A program made the translations under genes and the position numbers. From NCBI RefSeq assembly GCF_050320075.1, contig NZ_CP190018.1: a DNA stretch of 64,000 nt. One strand, 5' to 3'. The stretch is from Escherichia coli. Lineage in GTDB: Bacteria; Pseudomonadota; Gammaproteobacteria; Enterobacterales; Enterobacteriaceae. A model generated the notes under the pieces. That model did not search any database. It was given only the letters and a program-made list of their open reading frames with translations, and was not told the origin of the DNA. This document shows positions 32,639 through 47,343 of the stretch, in pieces; the stretch's first letter is position 1; each line of letters starts with the position of its first letter.

Positions 32639-35600
32639 TTTCTTATTCCTCTCGATGTTCTCTGTTTCATTTTAGCTAAAATTTCACCCAAATCATCTAT
32701 CCCTGCTGTTGCTGGCCCATCGGGTTTATTAATGTCTGGGAATAAATAGGGTTCTGCACAAGTATATCCTGGTGGTAATTGAGTTGTTGGCCAAGTTGTC
32801 TGTGGCAGGTAATCACTTGCTGTCTTTGTCTCCATCCCTGGATACTGGGGATCATCCTGCGGCGTACAAGTCAGATTGGGTTTTACCCACTTCCTGCAAT
32901 ACAGTGTGTAATCGTAAGGACTTAATGCTCTGAAGAATGTTTTGAAAACATTAGGCGCACTACTGGCCTGGTCAATAGGATATGGCAGTCTTAATTGTTT
33001 CGCTATGTCTGGCAACTTACTTGGATCGGGCGTAGGCGGTTTGTTGGGTCTCGCTCCATATCCGCCATTATTTAAGTGTCCATATTTAGATGCCAGTCCC
33101 ATTGAATCTATATACTGAACCGGATTTAACGGATACTGATAAAAATTCCATCCCCCCTTCAGTCCAATCGGATCCTGAGTGATATACCGCCCCTGCAGCG
33201 GGTCATAATAGCGGTGGCGGTTGTAATACAGGCCGGACTCCTCATCATACTGCTGACCCGGCAGGCGGATGAGCTGCTGCAGCTGGTGCGGGTTCTCTTC
33301 ATTCAGCAGGTTGCCCCATTCATCGTATTCTGCGCACCATTCTGTTGCCCCTTCCGTGCTGACAAGCGCCAGCGGCAGGCCGCGATGGTCGCAGTGGTAC
33401 AGGTGGATTTTTCGCGCCGGCGTGTACACCGGGTCCATCTGGTTTTGTATCTGCTCCACCGTCAGGCCGCACGATGCCAGCCAGCGGCGGCTTTCCTCAC
33501 TCACCCGGTCAGCCAGGATTTCACTTTCCAGCCGGTCGAGCATCTGCACCAGCACCGGCGGGAACACCACACTGCCACCGTCTTCGCCGCCGGACTGCTG
33601 AAGGGCATCCGCCAGGCTGCGGCGCTGCGTTTTCGCCAGCTCACCGGTGGCGGTTTCAACTCTGATGAGTGGCGTGAAGCTCCCCGGCTGATAAACCGTC
33701 TGGATGCGGGTTCTGTCGTTCTGTATCGTGGTCAGCCGGTCGCCGTCCCAGCCGTACCAGGTCACTTCCGGTTTCCGTGACAGCGACATCCAGCCCGTCA
33801 GGTCCCGTTCACGCCGCCATACCCGTTTTGCCACCCTGCGGCCCAGCGGGTCGTAAAGATAGCGACTTTCGACCAGCGGCTCTGCATATTGTGTCCGCGT
33901 GTAGTGCACCAGCCGGTGCCGGCTGTCGTAATGATACCGGTGAGTCCGCTCATCATCCGTGCGGATAACCCCTTCCGGGATGAGGTCGGTTTTCTCTGTC
34001 AGCCTGCCGTGACGGTCATACCGGTAAAGATAGTGCGCGTCACGGGCGATACGGTTATCCGGCCACATGCTGAGGGTGCTGTCCGGGTGCAGCTCCGGGT
34101 CGGGCAGGCGGTTGCCTGCCGGGTCCGTGGCATACGGGATGCGGATATCCAGGTTCGCTGCCGTGGTGTGGACGCCGGTCAGCCTGCCGGTGTCGCTGTA
34201 GCTGTAACTCCGGGTCTGGCGCGGGCTGCTGATGCGGATGAGTTCGCCGTTGTCGTTCCAGGTGTAATCGCGGTCATACTGCAGGCTGTTCAGGTGCTGG
34301 CTCTGTAACTGCCCGGCAGAGGTGTAAGCGGTGGTGAGTTCATAACGGCCGAAGCTGCGCAGCGTTTCCCGGTGCAGGCGGTCGCGGGTGTACTCCACCA
34401 GCGGTGTGTCGCCGAGTTTCATGCCTGACAGCCAGCCGCTGCCGTAGGTCAGCCATTCCACGGCGGGCAGGCTGTCCGGTATACAGCGGTTCGCCAGTCC
34501 CTGCGCGTTGTAAGCGTGTCTGGTTTCATGCTGCCAGAGCAGTGCTTCCGTCTGCGGGTGATGCACCGTCTGGCGCTCACCGGTCAGGCGGCCTTTCTCA
34601 TCATACCCGTAATGCACCGTCACCCGGTGGCCTTCGCTGAGATGGCTGATGCCTGTCAGCCAGCCGCGTTCGTCATACTGCCACTGCTCTGCCGGTTCAC
34701 CATTCACCGTTCGCTGTGTGATGCGGTCTGCTTCGTCATAGTGCCAGTGGGTGACCAGCCCCTCATCCTCGCTGCGGATAAGTTTGCCGGTCAGGTCGTG
34801 GTGATAACGCTGTGTGCGGCCGTCAAAGCCGGTTTCCTGTATCAGCCGGTCAAGTACATCGTAACGGAAGGTGGTGTGGCTGCCGTTTTCACTGGTCAGG
34901 CGGATGACCCGCCCGGCAGCATCGTATTCCATACTGCGCGTCAGACCGCCCTGCGTGGTACGAACGGGCTTTCCCCACGCATCGTACTGTGTCCCGTTTC
35001 TGCTGCCGTCCGGGGCAATGACGGCGGTCAGGTCACCGGCGGCGTTGTATTCATACCGCGTTTCATGGCCCTGCGTGTCTTTCACCGCAATTAACTGTCC
35101 ACGGCTGTCGTATGCGCGGTACTGACTCAGCCCTTCCTCGCGGTGCACCGCCGTCATCTGACCAAAACGGTCATGGTCATAACGGGTTACATAACCGGAA
35201 CAGTCAGTGACGGTCAGCAACTGACCGTAACGGCTCCATGTCATGGTTTTCCGGCTGCCGGTGGCATCCTCCGTTGCGCAGGGTAAGTCACTGTGTGGAT
35301 TATCATAACGGTAGCGGGTGATATCGCCGTTGTGTGCGGTTTCCTGAATCAGACGGCCGGATTCATCATATTCCCGGCGCAATTCCAGCCCGTCAGGCCC
35401 GGTGGCTGACGTTAACTGGCTGTGGTGGTTATAGTAAAATGCCGATGCCCTGCCATCCGGTGTGGTGATGCGCGTGATGAGTCCCGTCACCACATCCGGG
35501 CTGTACTCAGTCGTCCGGCCTGCGGCATCCGTCTGTGCCTTAAGCCTGCCCACCGCGTCAAACTGACTCTGCGTGACGCTGCCGTCCGCGTGTTCCTTTT

Positions 35601-36834
35601 TCACCACCCGCTTCAGCCCGCCTTCGCCCTGCGTGTGCAGCACTTCACGGCGGTCCAGACTGTCGGTGATGGTGATGCGGTCTTTCTCATACTGATACGT
35701 GTAGCTTAAGCCTGCCGGGTTTAGCTGCTCTGTCACCCGCCCGTCGCTGTCGTAACGGTAACGGATTTCTGGCCGGCCCGCGCGGTGGTGCGCCACCATC
35801 CGGCCCCGGTATTTATCATCGTAAGTAAAGCTGCGCACCTGTTTGCCACTGCGGTCATACACCGCCGCCAGTTCGCCGCGTGGCGTCCAGCCATAGCGCA
35901 CCAGCGGCGCGGCAGGTAAATTCTCCGGGTATTCCGGGTCGTGTGTCAGCCACACGGCAGACAGACGGATACCGTTGTCCCGGCCATATTCCGTGTAGTC
36001 CGGCAGGGTATCAGGAAAAGCGGACGGTTCCGTCCCGCCGGAAGAGGCCTGCTGCCGGGCCTCTTCTGCCCGCTGCGCCTGCGTGGTCAGTACCAGCCGG
36101 AAGTGACGCCCGGCACCATCCGTCACGCCGGTGATTTCGCCGCTGAATTCACCGCCAGCCTCACGGTGAAACGTCTGTGTGCGCCCGAAGCGGTCCACCA
36201 GCCCGGTCAGTACCCGGTACGGCGGCAGCGGCGCGGGCAGCACCTCATCCGCTTCCGGCACCCGCTCACACCAGCCGAGCAGCCACCACGGCCCCTGCGG
36301 ACTGTTTGTCGCCAGATAACGATGCGGACTTAAGCGGAGTTCTTCCGGCAGCGCCTGCCAGAGTGCGGTCAGCCGGTGACCTTCATCCAGTTTCAGGACA
36401 CCGCCACGCACCAGCCAGAGTGACTCGCTGCGGCTGTAACCGTCCTCACCGGGAAACAGGTGCTCAAAATACAGGCTCCTGCCGCCGTTATCACTGAGTA
36501 TCAGTGTGTTATCGCGCAGCTGTAGGCGGATATCCGCAGGCATTTTCCAGCCGGGGCCGAGGCTCCCCACCGGCGCGGGCGTTTTTGTCCGGTAACTGCT
36601 GTAGGTGCGGGAGAGGATGAACGGCAGCGGGCCGGGCAGGGCAAGGTCGGTTTCGCCGGGAAGGACCTTCGCGCCGAGCAGCGGATTGACCGGATGGCCG
36701 GACGTCACCCCGCCGGGGCACACCGAACAGGCCACGCCGGTGGGGGCACCAATACGTACCCCGGCAGAACCCTGAACAATGCTACCGCCATACTGCGTCA
36801 TGTCGCCCTGACGCGCCGCCGGTTTTCCGCTCAT
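32635..36834 (-). CDS. rhsB: Rhs family protein (RhsB-like) with PAAR-motif N-terminus, YD-repeat core and an unrecognised polymorphic C-terminal toxin domain (about 32638-33107)
   Basis: 1399 aa; N-terminus [11 protein letters not shown]; numerous YD repeats; core ends at a DPxGL-type motif (YIDSMGL) after which sequence diverges from the orphan copy. Confidence 0.93.
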   Translation of the reverse strand: MSGKPAARQGDMTQYGGSIVQGSAGVRIGAPTGVACSVCPGGVTSGHPVNPLLGAKVLPGETDLALPGPLPFILSRTYSSYRTKTPAPVGSLGPGWKMPADIRLQLRDNTLILSDNGGRSLYFEHLFPGEDGYSRSESLWLVRGGVLKLDEGHRLTALWQALPEELRLSPHRYLATNSPQGPWWLLGWCERVPEADEVLPAPLPPYRVLTGLVDRFGRTQTFHREAGGEFSGEITGVTDGAGRHFRLVLTTQAQRAEEARQQASSGGTEPSAFPDTLPDYTEYGRDNGIRLSAVWLTHDPEYPENLPAAPLVRYGWTPRGELAAVYDRSGKQVRSFTYDDKYRGRMVAHHRAGRPEIRYRYDSDGRVTEQLNPAGLSYTYQYEKDRITITDSLDRREVLHTQGEGGLKRVVKKEHADGSVTQSQFDAVGRLKAQTDAAGRTTEYSPDVVTGLITRITTPDGRASAFYYNHHSQLTSATGPDGLELRREYDESGRLIQETAHNGDITRYRYDNPHSDLPCATEDATGSRKTMTWSRYGQLLTVTDCSGYVTRYDHDRFGQMTAVHREEGLSQYRAYDSRGQLIAVKDTQGHETRYEYNAAGDLTAVIAPDGSRNGTQYDAWGKPVRTTQGGLTRSMEYDAAGRVIRLTSENGSHTTFRYDVLDRLIQETGFDGRTQRYHHDLTGKLIRSEDEGLVTHWHYDEADRITQRTVNGEPAEQWQYDERGWLTGISHLSEGHRVTVHYGYDEKGRLTGERQTVHHPQTEALLWQHETRHAYNAQGLANRCIPDSLPAVEWLTYGSGWLSGMKLGDTPLVEYTRDRLHRETLRSFGRYELTTAYTSAGQLQSQHLNSLQYDRDYTWNDNGELIRISSPRQTRSYSYSDTGRLTGVHTTAANLDIRIPYATDPAGNRLPDPELHPDSTLSMWPDNRIARDAHYLYRYDRHGRLTEKTDLIPEGVIRTDDERTHRYHYDSRHRLVHYTRTQYAEPLVESRYLYDPLGRRVAKRVWRRERDLTGWMSLSRKPEVTWYGWDGDRLTTIQNDRTRIQTVYQPGSFTPLIRVETATGELAKTQRRSLADALQQSGGEDGGSVVFPPVLVQMLDRLESEILADRVSEESRRWLASCGLTVEQIQNQMDPVYTPARKIHLYHCDHRGLPLALVSTEGATEWCAEYDEWGNLLNEENPHQLQQLIRLPGQQYDEESGLYYNRHRYYDPLQGRYITQDPIGLKGGWNFYQYPLNPVQYIDSMGLASKYGHLNNGGYGARPNKPPTPDPSKLPDIAKQLRLPYPIDQASSAPNVFKTFFRALSPYDYTLYCRKWVKPNLTCTPQDDPQYPGMETKTASDYLPQTTWPTTQLPPGYTCAEPYLFPDINKPDGPATAGIDDLGEILAKMKQRTSRGIRK
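33108..33550. repeat. Copy 2 of the direct repeat (within the full-length rhs gene)
   Basis: See 28258-28700. Confidence 0.85.
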
Positions 36835-37036
36835 CGTAAAATCCTTTTCTATTATTTTAATGACAGTATCTTCATACGAAAAAGCGAAGAAAAACTTGTG
36901 GTCACAATGAATTGAAGGTTTTTAGGAATATATTTAGAACGTTACAAAAGAGAAGGTTCGGATAGGGTATTTAGAGAGGAATCAGGTGTGCTAGTGGCCC
37001 TTTGTTGATCGTTCACCAAAGGACCCAATAATAGGC

Positions 37037-39839
<2,803 letters not shown>

Positions 39840-39843
<4 letters not shown>

Positions 39844-40784
39844 GCGTGGGCTCCTTCATGACGACGAATGCGCGGATCCAGCGCGGCGTTGAGCAAATCA
39901 ACAATCAAATTACAGACCACAAAAACCACCACCATCATCAGCGTAAAGCACTGGATCACCGGATAGTCACGGTTAAAAATCGCCGACACCGCATAGCGCC
40001 CGACGCCTGGCCAGGCAAAGATGTTTTCGATAATCATCGTCCCGCCAATCAGTTCGCCAATGTGCATCCCCACGGCGGTGATCATCGGCAGCGAGGCATT
40101 GCGCAGAATATGGCGGCGTTCGGTCTGTTTGTCGTTCAGGCCGCGTAGCCGCGCCCAGGTGACGTGACGCTGACCGGCGACGTCCAGCATACTGGCGCGC
40201 AGTAGCCGTGCATTAATCGCCAGCGACATAAAGGCAATGGAAACCGCAGGCAAAATGATGTGCTGCCAGCCGCCGTAGCCCATCGCGGGTAGCCATTGCA
40301 GATATACCGAAAACGCCATCACCAGCAAAAACGCCAGCCAGAAGTTGGGCATCGACACGCCGAGAAACGCGATGAAACGTACGGCGAAATCCGGCAGACG
40401 ATCGCGATGGCGCGCCGCCCAGATACCGAGCGGCACGGAAGTGAGCAGAATTAATACCAGCGCGGCACCTGCAAGTTCCAGCGTGGCGGGCAGGAAGTTC
40501 AGCATATCGTCCAGCACCGGGCGTTGGCTGGCGAATGAGATACCAAAGTCAAGATGCAGCGCCTTCCACAACCAGGTGCCGTACTGGACATACAGCGGCT
40601 GATCCAGCCCCAGCATGGTGCGTGTAGAGGCCAGCATCTCCGGCGTCGGCGGCAGGTTAGACAGACGCAGATAATCGAGCGCCGGGTCGCCGGTGCCGAG
40701 GCGCAGCATCAGAAAAATGATCACCGAGGCGGCGAGCACCATCGGGATCAGCAGCAGAAAGCGGCGTAATACGTAACGCAACAT
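39840..40784 (-). CDS. nikB: Nickel ABC transporter permease NikB
   Basis: 314-aa polytopic membrane protein. Confidence 0.92.
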
Positions 40785-42358
40785 TAAGGTTTCACCGGTT
40801 TAATCTGTTCGAACGGAATTTCGGTGGCGATCGGCGCGTAGGGGATGTTACCCAGCTCCGGTTTTGATACCACCATCATTGAGATGTAACTGATAGGCAG
40901 ATAAACAGCCTCGTCATGCAGACGGGTCAGAATGTCGCGATACAGCGCCTGACGTTGCGTTTCGTCATGGGTTGCCAGCACTTCGCCGATCTCTTTATCA
41001 ATCAGCGGCTTGTCGGCTAATCCTTGCTGTGCCTGGAAATCAGCGTGCGACGGTACGCGCATTGAACTCAGGAAGGCGTGTGGATCGTATGGCGCGCCCC
41101 AGGTGCGATGGAAAATCATGCCAAAACGACCGTCGCGCTGACGAGCATAGATACTGCTCTCTTCTTCGCCAATCAGTGAGACATCTGCGCCAATCTGGCG
41201 CATATCAGCCTGAATGATTTCCGCCATCGATTTGCTTAACGCATCGGTGCCGATGAACGACAGTTCAATGCGCAGCGGCTGACCATTTTTCTCGCGGATG
41301 TCTTTGCCCGCAGGCAACGTCCAACCGGCTTTTTCCAGCAACGCTTTCGCTTTCTGCGGATCGTACTGGCGCGGTTTCAGGCCGAGGTTGGCATAGGGCA
41401 CAGAAGGAGCAAACAGGGTGTCGGCGACCTGCTGGGTGCCATACAACGCGTTATCAATCAGCGATTTTTTGTTTACCGCGTAATTAAGAGCTTCACGTAC
41501 TGCCAGCTCGTTGGTGGGGGCTTTGGCGGTATTGAGCGCCAGCATCACGGTTTCGATCGGCTGTGACAGTTGGGTGTGGTAAGCCGGGTTCTGGCTAAAG
41601 CGGGCGAAGGTATCGAGCGGTAATAACCCTTCGTTTCCGTACAGCAGGTCAATATCGCCAGTTTCAAACGCCACCGCGCGGGTAGTCGGGTCCGGGATCA
41701 CGTTAAAAGTGATCTTCTTAATCGCCGGCTTTTCGCCCCAGTAGTTTTCGTTACGGACGAAGACATCGTACTGATTCAGTTTCGATTCCTGCAAAACCCA
41801 CGGCCCGGTGCCAATCGGCGCTTTAATTCCGTTCATGGTTTCATGGTTTTTAAACTGCGAGGGGGCGATAAAACGGAAAGGGCGTGGCAGGGCCAGTTCT
41901 TGCAGGAAAGGATAGTAGGCGCTTTTCAGGGTGATTTGCAGCTCTGTTTTACTGAGTGCTTTGACATCAACAATCTGGTTTGCCAGCTCCAGCCAGGCGT
42001 GACGTTGACGGTTATCGAGCACTGCGCGGAAGTTTTCTGCCGCCGCCTCTGCATCAAACGGTTCGCCGTTGGAGAATTTCACGTCATCACGCAGGGTGAA
42101 GGTCCAGGTTTTACCATCTTCAGAATGAGTCCAGCTTTTTGCCAGCCACGGGATCACCGAACCGTCTGCCTGATATTTCACCAATGGTTCATAAACCATG
42201 CTCTGGGCGAACATCTGGTTAGGCGTGTAAAGGTGCGGGTTTAGTGGCCCGACATTCACCGGCCAGGCGGTGGTGATTTCATCTGGTGCAGCGGCATGGA
42301 CGATAAAAGACGCACAAGCCAGCAGCGCAAATAGAGTGCGGCGGAGTGTGGAGAGCAT
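40784..42358 (-). CDS. nikA: Periplasmic nickel-binding protein NikA
   Basis: 524 aa with signal peptide; first gene of nikABCDE-nikR. Confidence 0.93.
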
Positions 42359-42395
42359 GGTAACCCCAATGGATTAAAATAGATGGCGGAAATAA

Positions 42396-42423
42396 GTATG
42401 ACGATTTTAAGTATTCGTCATAC
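42396..42423. promoter_or_regulatory. NikR operator GTATGA-N16-TCATAC upstream of nikA
   Basis: Exact dyad GTATGACGATTTTAAGTATTCGTCATAC read from sequence, about 40 bp upstream of the nikA start. Confidence 0.8.
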
Positions 42424-42468
42424 TGATAACCTGTTCTGGATCAAAAGATGGACAGTCGGGTGGGCGGA

Positions 42469-43056
42469 TCAGTTAACTGAATCGATCCATTGCACACTGT
42501 CGGCGGAGAGCGTAAAGGGGGTAGGGGTGCAGATCGCCAGGCTTAAATTATCAAGCTGGCAATGGCTGACCGACAGTGATGAGTGATAGGTGCTGTCTAC
42601 GCTGACGATTTGCCAGGCGCTGCCGCCACGTTGTTTAACGATGGCTTCTTTGCGCGTCCAGATGCGCCAGAACATTTCCAGTTGCTGATCGGGATGCACG
42701 GCGTCCATCTCAGCGTGTTCCCCGAGGCTGAACACGGCGTTCGCCAGCCAGCGCCAGTTGGCGCGCGGGCGAATTACTTCGATATCGCAGCCGACTTCGC
42801 CTTCATCGCTCAACAGCAGGGCGATATCGTCACCGCTATGGCTTAAGTTGAACCATAGCGGCGTTTCCGGCGCGAATGCAGGTTTGCCTTGTTCGCCATA
42901 GATGATCTCCGGTAGCGGGGAAAGCGTGTGCGAAAGCAATGCACGCCCCGCCAGCCAGCGTTCACGTCGTGGACCTTGCGGTGCTTGCTCGCGTAAACCC
43001 GGTGGCAGAGGAGCTGCGCTTAAGGTCGAAACTTTCCCCAGAACTATCCGATACAT
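42469..43056 (-). CDS. acpT: 4'-phosphopantetheinyl transferase AcpT
   Basis: 195-aa ORF between nikA and yhhT as in K-12. Confidence 0.88.
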   Translation of the reverse strand: MYRIVLGKVSTLSAAPLPPGLREQAPQGPRRERWLAGRALLSHTLSPLPEIIYGEQGKPAFAPETPLWFNLSHSGDDIALLLSDEGEVGCDIEVIRPRANWRWLANAVFSLGEHAEMDAVHPDQQLEMFWRIWTRKEAIVKQRGGSAWQIVSVDSTYHSSLSVSHCQLDNLSLAICTPTPFTLSADSVQWIDSVN

Positions 43057-43110
43057 ATCAGGGCCAACGTTTAATGGAAAATGAAAGTGCGTATCGTAAC
43101 ACTTGTCGCC

Positions 43111-44160
43111 TCATCCCGGTAACCGACTTTTCGGTCTGCCTGGTCCCAGTAAAATCGCCAGTTTGCTACCGCCTTTGGTGGTTTCCATCCAGATTTTACA
43201 CACGCTGGTTAATGGCACCGAAAGTAGCATCCCTACCGGGCCGAGCAGCCATCCCCAAATTAACAATGAAAGAAATACCACCATGGTGGACATCCCCAGG
43301 CGATGGCCCATCATCCGTGGCTCTAAAATATTGCCGATGACCATATGGACAACTAAAAACAATGCGCCGACCAGAATACATTCGTAAATACCATTAAACA
43401 GCAGCACCTGAATCATTGGCGGTACGGCGGAAATTACCGCGCCGATATTGGGCACGTAGTTGAGCAAAAACGCCAGTACTGCCCACATCAGCGCAAACTG
43501 TACGCCCATTAGCGCCAGCCCCAGCCAGACGATGACACCTGTCCATAAACTGAGTAACGTCTTTAACGCCAGATAATGCGAAACGCCTTTAAGTGCGCGG
43601 TGTAATCCCGCGATGTGAATCTGTGGGTTATTTAGCGCAAAACGCATTTTGTAAGGGACGTGGCGCACTTCAAACAGCATGAAAACTACGGTCATCACCA
43701 GCAAAAGCACGCTCGCCATTGCCCCGGAAAGCCCGGTCATTAGCGCCGTGGTGAAGGTAACCACTTTTTCCGAGTCCATCCGCTGCAGTATTCGCTCCGG
43801 CGATATATGCAAATTAAGAAAAGGCAACATCTCCTGCAATTTAAAAAGTTTGCGCGTCAGCTCCTTATTAAACTTCGGCAGCATAGATATAAATTCGTTA
43901 AACGATGCCGCCAGTACGCCGACCAGCGCGGTTAGTGCGATCAGCATCACCACCACCACAATCGTAATGGCAACGGGGCGTTGTACCCCCCGACGAATAA
44001 ACCAGGTGACGAGCGGGTTGAGAACGATGGCAAAAAACAGCGCCAGTAATAGCTGCACAATGATATCTGCCGCTGCGTGAATGCCCGCGAGGATCACTAC
44101 CAGCGAGGCCAGCTTGAGCAGAATGTGCATGCCCGTTTTATCGGGTTGAGGGGTTTCCAT
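43111..44160 (-). CDS. yhhT: AI-2E family transporter YhhT
   Basis: 349 aa from METPQPDKTGMHILLK; polytopic membrane protein. Confidence 0.88.
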   Translation of the reverse strand: METPQPDKTGMHILLKLASLVVILAGIHAAADIIVQLLLALFFAIVLNPLVTWFIRRGVQRPVAITIVVVVMLIALTALVGVLAASFNEFISMLPKFNKELTRKLFKLQEMLPFLNLHISPERILQRMDSEKVVTFTTALMTGLSGAMASVLLLVMTVVFMLFEVRHVPYKMRFALNNPQIHIAGLHRALKGVSHYLALKTLLSLWTGVIVWLGLALMGVQFALMWAVLAFLLNYVPNIGAVISAVPPMIQVLLFNGIYECILVGALFLVVHMVIGNILEPRMMGHRLGMSTMVVFLSLLIWGWLLGPVGMLLSVPLTSVCKIWMETTKGGSKLAILLGPGRPKSRLPG

Positions 44161-44291
44161 TGGGGCTTCCTTGTGACTTTTTGTATTAAGTGTAGCGGGA
44201 GTCACGCCAGCAATATTCTGATTCTTACTGCTGATTTTCACGTCAGCACGTGGTAAAAATGAAACACTGTTGTAAAAATGTGGTGATCCTC

Positions 44292-45509
44292 ATGCCCGAA
44301 CCCGTAGCCGAACCCGCGCTAAACGGATTGCGCCTGAATTTGCGCATTGTCTCCATTGTCATGTTTAACTTCGCCAGCTACCTCACCATCGGGTTGCCGC
44401 TCGCTGTATTACCGGGCTATGTCCATGATGTGATGGGCTTTAGCGCTTTCTGGGCAGGATTGGTTATCAGCCTGCAATATTTCGCCACCTTGCTGAGCCG
44501 CCCTCATGCCGGACGTTATGCCGATTTGCTGGGACCCAAAAAGATTGTCGTCTTCGGTTTATGCGGCTGCTTTTTGAGCGGTCTGGGATATCTGACGGCA
44601 GGATTAACCGCCAGTCTGCCCGTCATCAGCCTGTTATTACTTTGCCTGGGGCGCGTGATCCTTGGGATTGGGCAAAGTTTTGCCGGAACGGGATCGACCC
44701 TATGGGGCGTTGGCGTGGTTGGTTCGCTGCATATCGGGCGGGTGATTTCGTGGAACGGCATTGTCACTTATGGGGCGATGGCGATGGGTGCGCCGTTAGG
44801 TGTCGTGTTTTATCACTGGGGCGGCTTGCAGGCGTTAGCGTTAATCATTATGGGCGTGGCGCTGGTGGCCATTTTGTTGGCGATCCCGCGTCCGACGGTA
44901 AAAGCCAGTAAAGGCAAACCGCTGCCGTTTCGCGCGGTGCTTGGGCGCGTCTGGCTGTACGGCATGGCGCTGGCGTTGGCTTCCGCCGGATTTGGCGTCA
45001 TCGCCACCTTTATCACGCTGTTTTATGACGCTAAAGGTTGGGACGGTGCGGCTTTCGCGCTGACGCTGTTTAGCTGTGCGTTTGTCGGTACGCGTTTGTT
45101 ATTCCCTAACGGCATTAACCGTATCGGCGGCTTAAACGTAGCGATGATTTGCTTTAGCGTTGAGATAATCGGCCTGCTACTGGTTGGCGTGGCGACTATG
45201 CCGTGGATGGCGAAAATCGGCGTCTTACTCGCGGGGGCAGGGTTTTCGCTGGTGTTCCCGGCATTGGGCGTAGTGGCGGTAAAAGCGGTTCCGCAGCAAA
45301 ATCAGGGGGCGGCGCTGGCAACTTACACCGTATTTATGGATTTATCGCTTGGCGTGACCGGACCACTGGCTGGGCTGGTGATGAGTTGGGCGGGCGTCCC
45401 GGTGATTTATCTGGCGGCGGCGGGACTGGTCGCAATCGCGTTATTACTGACGTGGCGATTAAAAAAACGGCCTCCGGAACACGTCCCTGAGGCCGCCTCA
45501 TCATCTTAA
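44292..45509 (+). CDS. yhhS: MFS transporter YhhS
   Basis: 405 aa from MPEPVAEPALNGLRL; 12-TM profile. Confidence 0.88.
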   Translation: MPEPVAEPALNGLRLNLRIVSIVMFNFASYLTIGLPLAVLPGYVHDVMGFSAFWAGLVISLQYFATLLSRPHAGRYADLLGPKKIVVFGLCGCFLSGLGYLTAGLTASLPVISLLLLCLGRVILGIGQSFAGTGSTLWGVGVVGSLHIGRVISWNGIVTYGAMAMGAPLGVVFYHWGGLQALALIIMGVALVAILLAIPRPTVKASKGKPLPFRAVLGRVWLYGMALALASAGFGVIATFITLFYDAKGWDGAAFALTLFSCAFVGTRLLFPNGINRIGGLNVAMICFSVEIIGLLLVGVATMPWMAKIGVLLAGAGFSLVFPALGVVAVKAVPQQNQGAALATYTVFMDLSLGVTGPLAGLVMSWAGVPVIYLAAAGLVAIALLLTWRLKKRPPEHVPEAASSS

Positions 45510-45512
45510 AAC

Positions 45513-46070
45513 TTACTGAATAACCAGCGTATTAATGATGTTTTCTGCGGTGGTCTGCGCTTTTTGCTGATCGTCAGCTGGCAGAGTAATTTGCATGGTC
45601 AGCAGTTGATTACCCACGTTACCCAGAATAACGGAAGAGTACGCCGTCTGGCCTTTCGCGGAGATAATGCTGTCTAACTGCTGCATTTTGTGACCTTTCA
45701 GCTCAATGGCTTTATTGGTTACCACTTGCAGCTGCGGATCGCGGCTACGTTGCTGATCTTCCAGACGCTTCGCCAGCACCGCCAGATCTTCTTTCGGATC
45801 ATCGCCCATGATGACGATGACTGCTTTCTGCCCGGTGGCGTCGGACCAGACATGCATGTTATTGGCCTGCGTTCCCAGCTTACCGCTCTGGTCGGTCATA
45901 TCCGCTGGCAGCGAGAAACTTAACTTGCCATCAAGCAGGTTGACGGGATTCCCGGTAGCGTTACTTTCCGCGACCGAACCCTGCGCCGTAGCGTTAGTGT
46001 CTTTATCATCACAGGCCGCAAGCCCCATAACCAGCAGGCCAATTCCGACATATTTAACCAGATTGCGCAT
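45513..46070 (-). CDS. dcrB: Periplasmic lipoprotein DcrB
   Basis: 185 aa from [20 protein letters not shown] (lipobox). Confidence 0.88.
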
Positions 46071-46142
46071 TGACTTCTTCCTTTCGATAAACGGCCATAA
46101 CGGCTCATTCATCCATCTTATCACAACTCTGATAACGAACCT

Positions 46143-46808
46143 TTAACTCGCCTGCAAAGCGTTGATTTCGGATTTATCTGCCAGTCTTTTCAACAGCATA
46201 TTGAGTAATACGCCATACATTGGCAGGAAGAAAACGATACTGATTAACACTTTGAAACAGTAATCGACCAGTGCGATTTCCATCCAGTGTTCAGCCATAA
46301 AGGCATCCGGGCTACGCCAGAAGGCAATGAAGAAGAAGGCCAGCGTGTCGCTGACGTTACCGAACAGTGTGGACGCTGTCGGTGCCAGCCACCAGCGGCG
46401 ACTCTGACGCAGGCGGTTAAAAACGTGCACGTCGAGGATCTGTCCCAGCGCGTAGGCCATGAAACTGGCGGTGGCGATACGGGCGACAAACAGGTTGAAG
46501 TGGGCGAGCGCGCCGAATCCTTGCCATGACCCCATATAAAACAGCGATGAGATGACGTAGGAGATCAGCAACGCCGGGATCATCACCGCAAAGATGATAC
46601 GACGGGCCAGCGGTGCGCCAAAAATACGCACAGTCAGGTCGGTAGCAAGGAAAATAAACGGAAAGCTAAATGCGCCCCAGGTGGTATGGAAACCAAAAAT
46701 GGAGACGGGAAGCTGAACCAGATAGTTACTGGAGGTGATCACCAGCAGATGAAATAACGATAACCAGAACAACGCCTTATAGCGTTGAGTTTGCGAGAAA
46801 ACGTTCAT
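46143..46808 (-). CDS. yhhQ: Queuosine-precursor transporter YhhQ
   Basis: 221-aa polytopic membrane protein in conserved position. Confidence 0.88.
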   Translation of the reverse strand: MNVFSQTQRYKALFWLSLFHLLVITSSNYLVQLPVSIFGFHTTWGAFSFPFIFLATDLTVRIFGAPLARRIIFAVMIPALLISYVISSLFYMGSWQGFGALAHFNLFVARIATASFMAYALGQILDVHVFNRLRQSRRWWLAPTASTLFGNVSDTLAFFFIAFWRSPDAFMAEHWMEIALVDYCFKVLISIVFFLPMYGVLLNMLLKRLADKSEINALQAS

Positions 46809-47029
46809 ATTGTACCTTTTTGATTAACCATTGGGGTGAGGGAACCCAATACGTACGACACGCTATTTTACCTTGATTAAATAACGTTCTTACCCTTTTT
46901 TCGAGCCGCCGCATGATACTGCTTTACGTTGACAATGCAATGGTTAATTTTCACGCAATCGTTAACCTGGTTTGCTTACGGACTCACAGGGCGTAAACTA
47001 GCGCCGTTTTTTTATGTGATGAGAAGAAA

Positions 47030-47275
47030 ATGACCGATCTCTTTTCCTGCCCTGACCACACACTCGACGCACTTGGCCTGCGCTGCCCGGAACCAGTCAT
47101 GATGGTGCGCAAAACCGTGCGCAATATGCAGCCAGGTGAAACGTTGCTGATTATTGCTGACGATCCGGCGACGACCCGCGATATTCCTGGGTTTTGTACC
47201 TTTATGGAACACGAACTGGTTGCGAAAGAGACGGATGGACTGCCTTATCGTTATTTGATTCGCAAAGGCGGTTGA
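47030..47275 (+). CDS. tusA: Sulfur carrier protein TusA
   Basis: 81 aa with CPxP active-site motif (LRCPEPVMM). Confidence 0.93.
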   Translation: MTDLFSCPDHTLDALGLRCPEPVMMVRKTVRNMQPGETLLIIADDPATTRDIPGFCTFMEHELVAKETDGLPYRYLIRKGG

Positions 47276-47343
47276 TGGGGAAAGATTGGCTTCGATGCCG
47301 CCTTTTCCCCTCACCCTAACCCTCTCCCCAGAGGAGCGAGGGG

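Noticed and set aside
33214-36497. Multiple plus-strand ORFs of 60-190 aa inside the rhs gene, with a duplicate set at 28364-28873
   Set aside because: Antisense to the Rhs core; their duplication simply reflects the direct repeat of rhs core DNA. High GC content suppresses stop codons.
42424-42470. Possible FNR site upstream of nikA
   Set aside because: No convincing TTGAT-N4-ATCAA match found by eye in this interval; only the NikR dyad is clear.
47301-47340. CCCCTC...GAGGGG element downstream of tusA as a named repeat family
   Set aside because: Could form a long-loop hairpin, but I cannot assign it confidently to REP, ERIC or another family; the tighter hairpin at 47344-47372 is reported instead.
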